From Chloroflexota bacterium (GTDB taxonomy: Bacteria; Chloroflexota; Dormibacteria; Aeolococcales; Aeolococcaceae), in the NCBI GenBank assembly GCA_005879785.1, contig VBJV01000011.1:1-48311 (forward strand): 48,311 nucleotides of DNA. The letters run 5' to 3'. The notes under the pieces are model-generated. The model saw nothing but the letters and a program-made list of their open reading frames with translations, had not been told where the DNA came from and searched no databases. Each line of letters begins with the position of its first letter. Positions within the stretch are counted from its first letter, which is position 1. Shown one piece after another: positions 1 to 8,304 of the stretch. Position numbers and translations under genes: made by a program.

Positions 1-1
1 C

Positions 2-466
2 ATCGACGCGCCCGCGCCATCACCGCTGCCCTTCGCCGGGCCGGACGGCGGCGATGTCTTTCCTCCCGAGAGCGATCACCCGGCCTTTCATCGCACGGGG
101 GTGGAGCTGCGCTTCGTGCACGGCACGTTCTTCGACGTCGGCCCGTCGACGGTGTGGATCCGGCTGCGCCGCCCGGTGGTGGGCGACGAGACGCCGTCGC
201 CGCTGATGCGCGCGGCAGCTGCGTCTGACTTCGGCAACGGCATCGCCGCAGCGGTGCCGTGGGGGCGCTTCATCTACATCAACGCGGACCTGACCGTGTA
301 CCTGCACCGCTATCCCGCCGGCGAGTGGGTCTGCCTCGACGCCTCGTCGCGGGTCGAACCCGCCGGCCTGGGGCTCGCGGAGAGCGAGCTCTTCGACGAG
401 CACGGACGCATCGGACGCTCACTGCAAGCCCTCCTCGTCGACACGCTGCCCGGCTCGGAGCACTGA
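2..466 (+). CDS. Thioesterase-superfamily protein (TesB-like / acyl-CoA thioesterase-type hot-dog fold), C-terminal part; 5' end outside the window
   Basis: The frame is open from nt 2 to the TGA at 464-466 (track ORF 101..466 is the same frame). The tail ...VWIRLRRPVVGDETPSPLMRAAAASDFGNG...INADLTVYLHRYPAGEWVCLDA...LFDEHGRIGRSLQALLV resembles the C-terminal domain of actinobacterial thioesterase-family proteins as I remember them. Third codon positions are G/C-rich. Confidence 0.55.
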   Translation: MDAPAPSPLPFAGPDGGDVFPPESDHPAFHRTGVELRFVHGTFFDVGPSTVWIRLRRPVVGDETPSPLMRAAAASDFGNGIAAAVPWGRFIYINADLTVYLHRYPAGEWVCLDASSRVEPAGLGLAESELFDEHGRIGRSLQALLVDTLPGSEH

Positions 467-517
467 TATGGCCGCCGCATCCGCTCGGCGTGTGCCGCGC
501 GGAGTCCTGCGTCATGT

Positions 518-760
518 CTAGCGGCGCCGCGACGAGCGGATGGGAAGCGCGAGCTGCCGGGACCGGCGCGGCACTTGCTGCGCTTCGCGCCTGAGCGCCG
601 GCGCGCGGGCCCGCGTCTCACGCACACGCCGCTCTGCGGCGCGCAGGTCCAGCTCGCGAAACTGCTCCGCGTGCGTGCGCAGCAATGCGTCGAGGCGCGC
701 CGTGAATGCGCCTGCGTGCGCCCACTCGGGCCTGCCCTCGTGGATGACGCTGCCTGCCAT
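518..760 (-). CDS. Hypothetical small protein (~80 aa, helical, Arg-rich tail)
   Basis: This is the inner ATG (MAGSVIHEGRPEWAHAGAFTARLDALLRTHAEQFRELDLRAAERR...) of track ORF 518..862. It fills the otherwise empty 350-nt gap between the thioesterase and GNAT genes. By hand count its third-position G+C is high, like the real genes here. I recognise no family. Confidence 0.3.
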   Translation of the reverse strand: MAGSVIHEGRPEWAHAGAFTARLDALLRTHAEQFRELDLRAAERRVRETRARAPALRREAQQVPRRSRQLALPIRSSRRR

Positions 761-814
761 GCGCCGATGCTGCGCCCGAGCGCCGACAGCAGCCTGTCGC
801 CGTATCGTGGACGC

Positions 815-1351
815 GTGGACCACCGCATCGTCGTCCGTCTCGTGCAGCCCGGCGAGCACCACGACGCGGGCGCCGCAACAGCTCGCGCATTCATGGAGTT
901 CGCGCCCGAACGCGACAGCGAGTGGCGGGCGTACCTCGCCCGCATCGCCGACGTCGCCGGCCGCGTGTCCCGAGCGATCGTCCTCGTCGCGCTAAACGAC
1001 GGAGTCATCGTTGGTTCGGCAACCCTGGAGCTCGAGCAGCGCATCCGCGACGACCCCGAGCGCCCGCTCGGCAACGACGAGGCCCACCTGCGCATGGTCG
1101 GCGTCGACCCTGCATACCGCGGTCACGGCGTCGCGCGCCGGCTCGTGCTGGCCTGCATCGACCTGGCCAGGACGAATGGCAAGCGCCGTCTCACGCTCGA
1201 CACCGGCGAGCGCATGCACGCGGCGCGCGCTCTGTATGAGGGGCTCGGCTTTCGACGGTCGGGCAGCCGCGAAATGGATGGCGGATTGGTCCTGCAGAGC
1301 TACGAGCTGCGGCTGGACGCGCCGGCGGTCGCACCTGTCGAGTCGCTCTAG
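815..1351 (+). CDS. GNAT family N-acetyltransferase
   Basis: Acetyl-CoA binding core LRMVGVDPAYRGHGVARRLVLACIDLAR ... ARALYEGLGFRR. Track ORF 575..1351 was trimmed to the GTG at 815 (VDHRIVVRLVQPGE...) because the upstream part is low-complexity. The exact start is uncertain. Confidence 0.8.
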   Translation: MDHRIVVRLVQPGEHHDAGAATARAFMEFAPERDSEWRAYLARIADVAGRVSRAIVLVALNDGVIVGSATLELEQRIRDDPERPLGNDEAHLRMVGVDPAYRGHGVARRLVLACIDLARTNGKRRLTLDTGERMHAARALYEGLGFRRSGSREMDGGLVLQSYELRLDAPAVAPVESL

Positions 1352-1368
1352 CGCGCTACGCTGCGCCG

Positions 1369-2391
1369 GTGCCATCCGGCTACGAGCCCGGCGAGAAATT
1401 CCTCCGCGTCTTTCAGCTGTTCACGCGGCTCAGCGAAACCGATGCCGGCCTCACCACCGCGCAGCTCGCCGCTGAGCTCGAGGTGACCACCCGCACCGTG
1501 CAGCGGTACATCGCCACCCTGCGCGACAGCGCGGGCATCGACATCGAGGACAACGCCGGGCGCTTTCGCATCGGCGCCGGCACGCGCCTGCCGCCGCTGC
1601 AGCTCGACCGATACCAGGCGACGCTGTTGCTGGTGGCCCTTCGCCTGCTGCACCAGCTGCGCACCGAGCAGGACCCGGCGATGGTCGGAGCGCTGGCGCA
1701 GCTCTCGCGGGCGCTGCGCGTGCCGCTGGTGGTGCGATACCTCGAGCGCATGCTCGCCAGCGCGGAGGGAAGACCCGCCAACCCGGACCGCCAGGCGGTG
1801 GAGCGCGTAGTCATCGACGGGTTCGCCAAGCTGCAGGCGATCGAGGTGCGCTACGTCGACAGCAAGGGCGCCGAGACCAAGCGCACCCTGCGCCCGTACT
1901 TCATCGAGCCCAAGGCCGAGGGGCGCCACATCTACGTGCTCGCGCACGATGCGACGTCGGACTCGGTGCGGACCTTCCGCATCGACCGGATCCGCTCGGC
2001 CCGCCTCCTGCCGGAGACGTTCGCGGTGCCCGAGGCCTTCGACGTCGACGCCGTGCTCAGCGACTCGTGGAGCATCTGGCAGGGCGATTCACCAGTCGAC
2101 GTCGTGCTCCGGTTCGTGCCGGAAGCCACGCAATGGGTGAGCGAGACACCGTGGCACCCCAGCGCACGGGTGACGCCCCTGCCGGGCGGTGGCACCGAGG
2201 TGCGCCTGCGCGTGGCCAGCGAGGTGGAGATGCGGCCGGCGATGCTGCGCTGGACGCCCTACGTGGAAGTGGTGGCCCCGCAGTCGCTGCGGGACTACGT
2301 CGCCGGGTCGCTCCGCACGGCTGTGGAGCTGTACGGCGCGTCGAATGACGGCGTTGTGGGTACAACAGCACCGCCAAGGAGGCGCAGATGA
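1369..2391 (+). CDS. WYL-domain transcriptional regulator (N-terminal HTH, WYL, C-terminal WCX-like extension; YafY/PafBC-like)
   Basis: HTH segment [29 protein letters not shown] core [60 protein letters not shown] start at 1369; its stop overlaps the msrB ATG (ATGA at 2388-2391). Confidence 0.85.
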   Translation: MPSGYEPGEKFLRVFQLFTRLSETDAGLTTAQLAAELEVTTRTVQRYIATLRDSAGIDIEDNAGRFRIGAGTRLPPLQLDRYQATLLLVALRLLHQLRTEQDPAMVGALAQLSRALRVPLVVRYLERMLASAEGRPANPDRQAVERVVIDGFAKLQAIEVRYVDSKGAETKRTLRPYFIEPKAEGRHIYVLAHDATSDSVRTFRIDRIRSARLLPETFAVPEAFDVDAVLSDSWSIWQGDSPVDVVLRFVPEATQWVSETPWHPSARVTPLPGGGTEVRLRVASEVEMRPAMLRWTPYVEVVAPQSLRDYVAGSLRTAVELYGASNDGVVGTTAPPRRRR

Positions 2392-2801
2392 CCGAGAAAG
2401 AGAAGACGACGCTGACGGACGCCGAGTGGCGCGAGAGGCTCTCACCGGAGGAGTACCACGTGCTGCGCAAGGCAGGCACCGAGCGTCCGTTCACGGGCAT
2501 GTACGTGCACGTGAAGGACGGTGGCATGTACCGCTGCGCCGGTTGCGGCGCCGAGCTGTTCAGCTCCGACACCAAGTACGACTCGGGCACCGGCTGGCCC
2601 AGCTTCTGGGCGCCGATCGACAGCGACGCCATCGAGCTGCGGCGTGACTGGAGCATGCTGGTGCCGCGCACGGAGGTGCGGTGTGCCCGCTGCGGTGGGC
2701 ACCTGGGCCATGTCTTCGACGACGGACCGCAGCCGAGCGGCCAGCGCTACTGCATGAACTCATGCGCGCTCAAGCTGGAGAAGCAGACGCCGGCAACCTG
2801 A
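2388..2801 (+). CDS. msrB: Peptide-methionine (R)-S-oxide reductase MsrB
   Basis: SelR fold signatures: two CxxC zinc pairs ([25 protein letters not shown]), GTGWPSF, and the catalytic RYCMNS Cys. Confidence 0.95.
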   Translation: MTEKEKTTLTDAEWRERLSPEEYHVLRKAGTERPFTGMYVHVKDGGMYRCAGCGAELFSSDTKYDSGTGWPSFWAPIDSDAIELRRDWSMLVPRTEVRCARCGGHLGHVFDDGPQPSGQRYCMNSCALKLEKQTPAT

Positions 2802-3014
2802 GCAGCGATGTGAGGGTGGCGACGGCGTGACCTAGATCACGTTATCCCTTCACTCCGCCGCCGCCGGTGTACCTCACACCCCTGGCGACGAGTTTCGAGC
2901 AAATGCGTCCGCTGCGCCGACCCGCCGAAGCGCGTCTTCACGCAAACTAACCGCATCCTTACGGTTCTTTACCCAGCCGTGAGAAATCGCCGATGGGTGC
3001 GCCTTTTTCATCGC

Positions 3015-3488
3015 TCACAGCCGGCAGGCGGCGGCCATGCCGCGCCGCGAGTAGTACCGCTGGTGGTAGTCCTCGGCGTCCCAGAAGGTGCCGGCGGGCA
3101 CGATCTCGGTCACGATCGGCCGGCGGAAACGCGCGCTCTCCTCCAGCCGGTGCTTGGAGCGCAGCGCCACCGCCTCCTGCTCGGACGAGTGGAAGAAGAT
3201 TGCCGACCGGTAGTTGGAGCCGGCGTCCGGCCCCTGGCGGTTCAACGTGGTGGGATCGTGGTTGGCCCAGAAGGCTACGAGCAGCTGCTCGTAGCTCGTC
3301 CGCGCCGGATCGAAGGTGACTTCGACGGCCTCGGCGTGCCCCGTGCCGTGCGAGCAGACCTGCTCATACGTGGGTGACTCGGTGAACCCACCCGTGTAGC
3401 CGACCTTGGTCGCCGTCACTCCCGGCACCTGCTCGAACACGGATTCCACGCCCCAGAAACAACCGGCCGCGAATGTCGCCTTTTCCAT
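3015..3488 (-). CDS. msrA: Peptide-methionine (S)-S-oxide reductase MsrA
   Basis: N-terminal catalytic motif [12 protein letters not shown], then [33 protein letters not shown] and DYHQRY. Confidence 0.95.
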   Translation of the reverse strand: MEKATFAAGCFWGVESVFEQVPGVTATKVGYTGGFTESPTYEQVCSHGTGHAEAVEVTFDPARTSYEQLLVAFWANHDPTTLNRQGPDAGSNYRSAIFFHSSEQEAVALRSKHRLEESARFRRPIVTEIVPAGTFWDAEDYHQRYYSRRGMAAACRL

Positions 3489-3541
3489 GCCGGCAGTGTT
3501 CCACGCCAGGGGCGTGCCTACTCCTGGCTGCGCAGCCCGCC

Positions 3542-5473
3542 TCAGCTGATCGCGCGGATGGGCACCGGCGCGGCCTCGCTGGCGTCGCTCATCTGATCGA
3601 TCCCACGGGGGGCGGAGATGCCGTAGCCCTGCCCGAGCCGCACGCCCAGCTCGCGCACGCTGCGGATGTGGTCGCCGTTCTCCAGCCCCTCGGCGATGAG
3701 CTCCGCCCCGCTCGACGACGCAAAGGTGACCAGCGCCTGCACGGCCGAACGAGGCCCGGGCGTTTCCACGCTGACGCTCAGGCTGCGCGCGATCTTGATG
3801 AACTCGGGACTGGCTTCGGTCAGGACTTCGAGGGTGGAATGGCCTTCGCCGACGTCGTCCAGCGCGAACCGGAACCCGGCCTGCCGGTAGGCTTTGACCA
3901 CGCCGGTCAGCCGCTCGAGATCGGCGATCTGGTCGCGTTCGCTGATCTCGAAGATCACCGTCCTGGGGTCGCGACCCGCCCAGCGCATGAGCAGCTGCAT
4001 CTGGTCGACGTCGTGGAGCGGGTCGAGCAGCGCGTGCACGCTCACGTTGATGAAGAGCAACGCGTTGCGGGGCAGCGAGGTGGCCCCGTGCACGGCCACA
4101 CGCCGGCAGAGCCAGTCGAGGTCGCGTGCGAAGCCGAGCCGCTTGGCCGCGTCGAACAATTCCTCGACGCTGGAGCGCACGCCGAAGCCAGCCGGCCGGG
4201 CGAGCGCCTCATAGCCGACCAGGCTGAAGTCATCGAGGCGGCGGATCGGCTGGTAGATCGCCTCGATGTCGCGGCCGGCGATGAGCCGGGGCAAGAGGTA
4301 CGACCAGCTCTGCACACGCTCGTGCGACGTGGCCAGCACCGTGACCCGCCCGGGCCCGGCACGCTTGCTGTTGTAGAGGGCGGCGTCCGCGCGCGCCATC
4401 AGCGCCTCGGCGCTCTCCGCGCCGTCCCAGCCGGCCAGCCCCACCGAGAACGACGGCAGCGCCGCTGAGGCGGCGCGCAGCCGCTGGATCACCAGGCGGG
4501 CCTCCTCGACGCTGGACCCCGGCAGCAGCACGGCGAACTCGTCGCCCCCGTAGCGCGCGAGCAGGTCCACCTCGCGCAGTGGCTCGCGCCAGCGCGCGGT
4601 GAAAGAACGAAGCAGCTCGTCGCCGCGGACGTGGCCCCAGTCGTCGTTGTAGGCCTTGAAGCCGTCGAGGTCGAGCAGCCCGACGGTCACCGGTGAGCCG
4701 TCGCGGCGAGACCGGGCCATCGCACGCTGGATCTCCTCCTCCCAGGCGCGGCGGTTGGCGATCCCGGTGAGGGGATCGAGCCGCGCTGCCAGGTAGGCTT
4801 TGCGCTCGCTCTCCTCGAGGTCCACCTGGGCGCGTTTGCGCTCGGTGATGTCTCGCACCAGGGCGATGAGCCGGTTGGGTCCCTCGCCACGCAGCGGACG
4901 GATGGCGGTGTCGACGTCGATGACGCGGCCGTCGCTGGTCACCACCCTGCCCTCGTACTGCGTGGGCACGTTGTGGCCGCCGCCGAACCGCTCGGCGAGG
5001 CGCCGGACGAGATCCTCGCGGTCCTCTTCGGGAGCGAGCTCGATGAGCGATCGCCGCTTGGCGAGCTCCTCCGCGGAGTACCCGGTGATGCGCTCGTACG
5101 CCGGGTTCGCGTACACGAGACGGCCGTTGTCCGTGATGATCAGCCCCTGGCCGAGGTCGCTGATCGCCCCCAGCAGCGATGCGTACCGTTCGCGGCGGCG
5201 CTCGCTGACGGTGCTGATCGCGCCGGTGAACACGGCGGTGAGCAAGACGATGCCGGAGCGGTAGACGACGCTACCGATCTGCGGAGGGAAGCCGAACGCC
5301 ATCAGACGCAGCGCGTAGAAACCGGCGAAGACCGCGGCGACGGCAGCCACAATGCCGGCGGCGTCGCGCCAGCATAGCTGGTGCTGTAGATGTCGTTGGC
5401 GGTGAGCATCGTCCACGCCGTGACCACCAGGAAATCGCCCACCAGCGCGCCGATCACCACGGGTTCGACCCAT
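3542..5473 (-). CDS. PAS-GGDEF-EAL signalling protein (diguanylate cyclase/phosphodiesterase), main reading frame
   Basis: PAS ([27 protein letters not shown]). GGDEF domain with an intact [14 protein letters not shown] domain (YQPI...[24 protein letters not shown]). Two TM helices lie at the N-terminus of this frame. See the neighbouring fragment and the frameshift finding. Confidence 0.9.
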   Translation of the reverse strand: MGRTRGDRRAGGRFPGGHGVDDAHRQRHLQHQLCWRDAAGIVAAVAAVFAGFYALRLMAFGFPPQIGSVVYRSGIVLLTAVFTGAISTVSERRRERYASLLGAISDLGQGLIITDNGRLVYANPAYERITGYSAEELAKRRSLIELAPEEDREDLVRRLAERFGGGHNVPTQYEGRVVTSDGRVIDVDTAIRPLRGEGPNRLIALVRDITERKRAQVDLEESERKAYLAARLDPLTGIANRRAWEEEIQRAMARSRRDGSPVTVGLLDLDGFKAYNDDWGHVRGDELLRSFTARWREPLREVDLLARYGGDEFAVLLPGSSVEEARLVIQRLRAASAALPSFSVGLAGWDGAESAEALMARADAALYNSKRAGPGRVTVLATSHERVQSWSYLLPRLIAGRDIEAIYQPIRRLDDFSLVGYEALARPAGFGVRSSVEELFDAAKRLGFARDLDWLCRRVAVHGATSLPRNALLFINVSVHALLDPLHDVDQMQLLMRWAGRDPRTVIFEISERDQIADLERLTGVVKAYRQAGFRFALDDVGEGHSTLEVLTEASPEFIKIARSLSVSVETPGPRSAVQALVTFASSSGAELIAEGLENGDHIRSVRELGVRLGQGYGISAPRGIDQMSDASEAAPVPIRAIS

Positions 5474-5667
5474 CGCGAGGGCACGCGCCGCAGCCCGGCG
5501 ATGGGCAGGTTGTACGCCGCCATGACCAAGCCGGGAACCATGATGGCGATCGCGCCGCCGATCGGCGCCGGGTTGCTGGTCAGCACCGCCTGGACGATGC
5601 CCAGCGCAACGCCGGCCCAGCGGACTCGCCCGATCAGCCGGGCCGTCTGACGCTGATGACCCAGCAT
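5302..5667 (-). CDS. Multi-TM N-terminal segment, apparently the displaced 5' part of the PAS-GGDEF-EAL gene (different frame)
   Basis: From ATG 5667 the translation is MLGHQRQTARLIGRVRWAGVALGIVQAVL...IGGAIAIMVPGLVMAAYNL...[19 protein letters not shown], giving three hydrophobic helices. Meaningful sequence ends near ANDIYSTSY (about 5375). There the downstream frame begins its own helices ([21 protein letters not shown]...). Confidence 0.45.
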   Translation of the reverse strand: MLGHQRQTARLIGRVRWAGVALGIVQAVLTSNPAPIGGAIAIMVPGLVMAAYNLPIAGLRRVPSRWVEPVVIGALVGDFLVVTAWTMLTANDIYSTSYAGATPPALWLPSPRSSPVSTRCV

Positions 5668-5861
5668 GCCGTCACGGTCGCTCACCGCTGCATCCACACC
5701 CACGCTCCATCGCTCGCCCGGGCCTCGCCGGGACAATCGTCCGGCCGCGCGAGGCGCGCGGCGACCGCGGCGCTGTCACAGTCTCGGTGTCGCGGTCGCG
5801 ATGAGCCTCGCGGCGTGGCGACGCTGTAACGGTTCGCAGGATCCCGTACCCTGCGCGCGTT

Positions 5862-7127
5862 GTGACAGGGATGAACCAGGCTCGGCGCGGCCGTGCCGCC
5901 ACGACCCTCGCGGCCACCGCGCTGCTTGCCGCCTGCGGGGGTGCTTCGGGGATCGGCGCGGGGTCGAACCGGATCCTCGTCGCTCTCAACGTGCCCACCA
6001 GCGCGGACCCATACGTCGCCCAGATCATCGGCCGCGGTGCGCAGCTGGCGGTCGCCGAGGCCAACCAGAAAGGCGGCGTGAGCATTGCGGGCCGCCGCTA
6101 CCGGCTCGAGCTGAGGACCTACGACGACGCGGGCCGGCCGCAGCAGGCCGCGGCCAACGTCGGTGCCGCCATCCACGACGGCGCTGTGGCGATCGTCGAG
6201 GACGGCATCGGAGCCACCGTCAGCGCCCCGGCGGGCGATGCGGCCGGCGTGCCCGAGATCGTCATCGACAACGGTGACACGGGTTTGATGGACCCGCAGA
6301 GCCGGCCCAGCCTTTTCCGCCTCGGCGTCGCCAATGACGCCGCCGCCAGCGTGCTGAGCATGTACCTGGCCGGCAAGACGAAGAGCGTGGCGGTGCTGCA
6401 CGACGACAGCGCGAGCGGCCGTGACGGGGGCGATCAGGTCAAGGAGGCGCTGGCCACCGGCGGCGCCACCGCGAACCCCGTCATCGAGGTGTCCGCGGCA
6501 TCACCGACCATCGACACACAGATACAGCAGATCGCCGGTTCGGGCGCCGGCGCCATCGTCGTCTGGGGCAGCGACACGTTCACGGGCCGCGCGGTCGCGG
6601 CGATCCGAGCGGCCGGCGTGACCACCGCGCTGTTCACCGGGCCGGCCGGTGAGTCGCCCGCCGTGCGCACCGTCGCCGGTGCGACCGCGACCGAAGGCCT
6701 GCGCATGGTGGCTTCGCGCATGACCAGCGAGAGCGACGCGTCGTCGTTCGGCCAGTTCGAACACCGCCTTGCCGCCGCGCACCTCGGCCCGACGGATGCG
6801 GGGGTCAAGAACGCGCACGGCCAGGAGATCAGACAGCCGAACGATCGCGACTTCTTCTCATACGACGCCGTCAACCTCATCGTCGCAGCACTGAAGAAGA
6901 CCGGCTCGGCACGGCCTGGCTCCGCGCTGATCAAGGCGGTCGCCTCGGTGCACGTCCCGAGCGCCAACGGTGACACACGCGGGTTCAACCCGCAGAATCA
7001 CGAGGGTGTGTCCGACGACGACACCTACATCGCGGTCATCCATGACATGCAGTTCCAGCCGGTGAAGGATGAGCCGCTGTCCGCGTCTCTTCCCGACGAG
7101 GATCAGATTCTCTCCGACTTCCACTGA
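5862..7127 (+). CDS. ABC transporter substrate-binding lipoprotein, LivJ/Peripla_BP_6-like (branched-chain amino acid/amide type)
   Basis: Signal peptide plus lipobox (ALLAAC). RILVALNVPTSADPYVAQIIGRGAQLAVAEANQKGGV...YDDAGRPQQAAANV is typical of type-I periplasmic binding proteins. The start is either GTG 5862 or ATG 5871. Confidence 0.8.
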   Translation: MTGMNQARRGRAATTLAATALLAACGGASGIGAGSNRILVALNVPTSADPYVAQIIGRGAQLAVAEANQKGGVSIAGRRYRLELRTYDDAGRPQQAAANVGAAIHDGAVAIVEDGIGATVSAPAGDAAGVPEIVIDNGDTGLMDPQSRPSLFRLGVANDAAASVLSMYLAGKTKSVAVLHDDSASGRDGGDQVKEALATGGATANPVIEVSAASPTIDTQIQQIAGSGAGAIVVWGSDTFTGRAVAAIRAAGVTTALFTGPAGESPAVRTVAGATATEGLRMVASRMTSESDASSFGQFEHRLAAAHLGPTDAGVKNAHGQEIRQPNDRDFFSYDAVNLIVAALKKTGSARPGSALIKAVASVHVPSANGDTRGFNPQNHEGVSDDDTYIAVIHDMQFQPVKDEPLSASLPDEDQILSDFH

Positions 7128-7131
7128 TCGT

Positions 7132-7752
7132 TTGGCCAAGGCCCGTGTCGGAGCGGTGCTCGCCGGAGCCTGTTTGCTGCTGTCTGGCTGCGCGGATTTC
7201 ACCATCGTGGTGACGACGCCGACACCGACGCCGAACACGATCTCGCTGCCGCCCATCGGCTTCAACCACCGTTACGGCAACAGCCCGGTGGCTTCAGCCG
7301 ACGGTTTCGCACTGGAGCGAAGGCTGTTTGCCACCCACGCGTTCTGGGAGGTTGCCATACAGGCCGACCCGCAGGTGGCGGGCTACATCGAGGCGATCAA
7401 CCAGAAGACATCACAGACGGCGCGGCACAAGATCACCCATCTCATCCTGGTGCTCGCCACCGAGCTGCGCGACACCATGGAAGGGCTGCTCGCGTATCCG
7501 AGCGACGCCGCCCAGGAGACGTACTCGATGGGCCTGCTCGACGAGGTGCGCGCCCTCGGGTACGACACGCTGAACAGCGCCGAGGTGATCGTCTTCTTCA
7601 CCGAGTCGGACCAGCACTCCAAGCTGAGCTGGACCGCGCGCGGCGGTTACAGCTTCAAGGTCAACGACAACAACCTGGTCGGCACCGCGCTCAATCCTCC
7701 GCCGAAACCCTATTCGCCGCTGCCGATCCCAACACCTGTACCTGCCCACTGA
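7132..7752 (+). CDS. Hypothetical lipoprotein
   Basis: A TTG start at 7132 gives LAKARVGAVLAGACLLLSGC (lipobox LSGC), followed by a Thr/Pro linker. This is the same frame as track ORF 7069..7752, whose first 21 codons overlap the preceding gene. No family recognised. Confidence 0.55.
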   Translation: MAKARVGAVLAGACLLLSGCADFTIVVTTPTPTPNTISLPPIGFNHRYGNSPVASADGFALERRLFATHAFWEVAIQADPQVAGYIEAINQKTSQTARHKITHLILVLATELRDTMEGLLAYPSDAAQETYSMGLLDEVRALGYDTLNSAEVIVFFTESDQHSKLSWTARGGYSFKVNDNNLVGTALNPPPKPYSPLPIPTPVPAH

Positions 7753-8304
7753 CCAGCGCAGCGCGCGGTGCGTGCGGCGCGGCACGCGCGTCCTGCTCCA
7801 GCCAGAGGACGGCGTCTCCCGCCGCAGCGTGGTCGCGCGCGAGCCCGGTGACGGCTGTGGCGGCGTCGACGGCGAGCCCGACGGTCGGCGAGTCGAGCAC
7901 CAGCACGCGGGGGCGCGCGCACCACGCACAGGCGATCTGAAGGAGCTGCTGCTCGCCGCCGGAAAGGTGCACCGCGGGCACGCGACGGCGCGTCGCCAGC
8001 TGCGGAAAGCGCTCGAGCATCTGCTGCGCAACACCGTTTCGTGCCGACGCGAGCGTCAGCGCTTCAACGACCGTGCAGCCCGCGATGCGCCGGCCGTCGC
8101 GCACCGCGGCACTCAGCCCGGCGCGGCGCCGCCGTGATGCTGGACCGTCGACGCGGACGCAGCAAGAGCCGTCTTGCCACTGCCGGCGTCGCCGACCACA
8201 ACAGCCAGCTCGCCCGCGTCGATGCTGAGGCGTTCGATGTCCACGACGGTACGGCCGCCCAGCGCGACGCGATATCGCTCGACCTCAAGGAGAGCAGTGC
8301 TCAC
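7691..8304 (-). pseudogene. LivF-like ABC ATPase, interrupted (two ORFs 8304..8113 and 8104..7691 in different frames)
   Basis: The N-fragment carries the Walker A (VVVGDAGSGKTAL) and stops at TGA 8113-8115. The C-fragment frame carries VRDGRRIAGCTVVEAL (the VPEGRRIF-like region), the signature LSGGEQQLL, Walker B VLVLDSPTVGL and the WLEQD switch. The GTG start overlaps the upstream gene stop (GTGA 8301-8304). Confidence 0.6.

Noticed and set aside
1369-2391. WYL regulator as a marker of a phage-defence island
   Set aside because: Its neighbours are GNAT, msrB and msrA, with no defence-like effector. It is treated instead as a stress-regulator hypothesis (see findings).
2874-3011. 45-codon minus-strand ORF directly after msrA, considered as an annotated CDS
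   Set aside because: Third-position G+C is about 59% by hand count, far below the real genes here. No family was recognised. It is kept only as part of the spacer finding.
8117-8126. A shared 10-mer (CCGCGCCGGG / its complement) at two of the gene-break junctions (8117-8126 and 40304-40313) as a possible recombination or excision site
   Set aside because: An all-G/C 10-mer is expected to recur by chance several times in about 97 kb of two-strand sequence at this G+C content. It is absent from the menA and GGDEF-EAL junctions.
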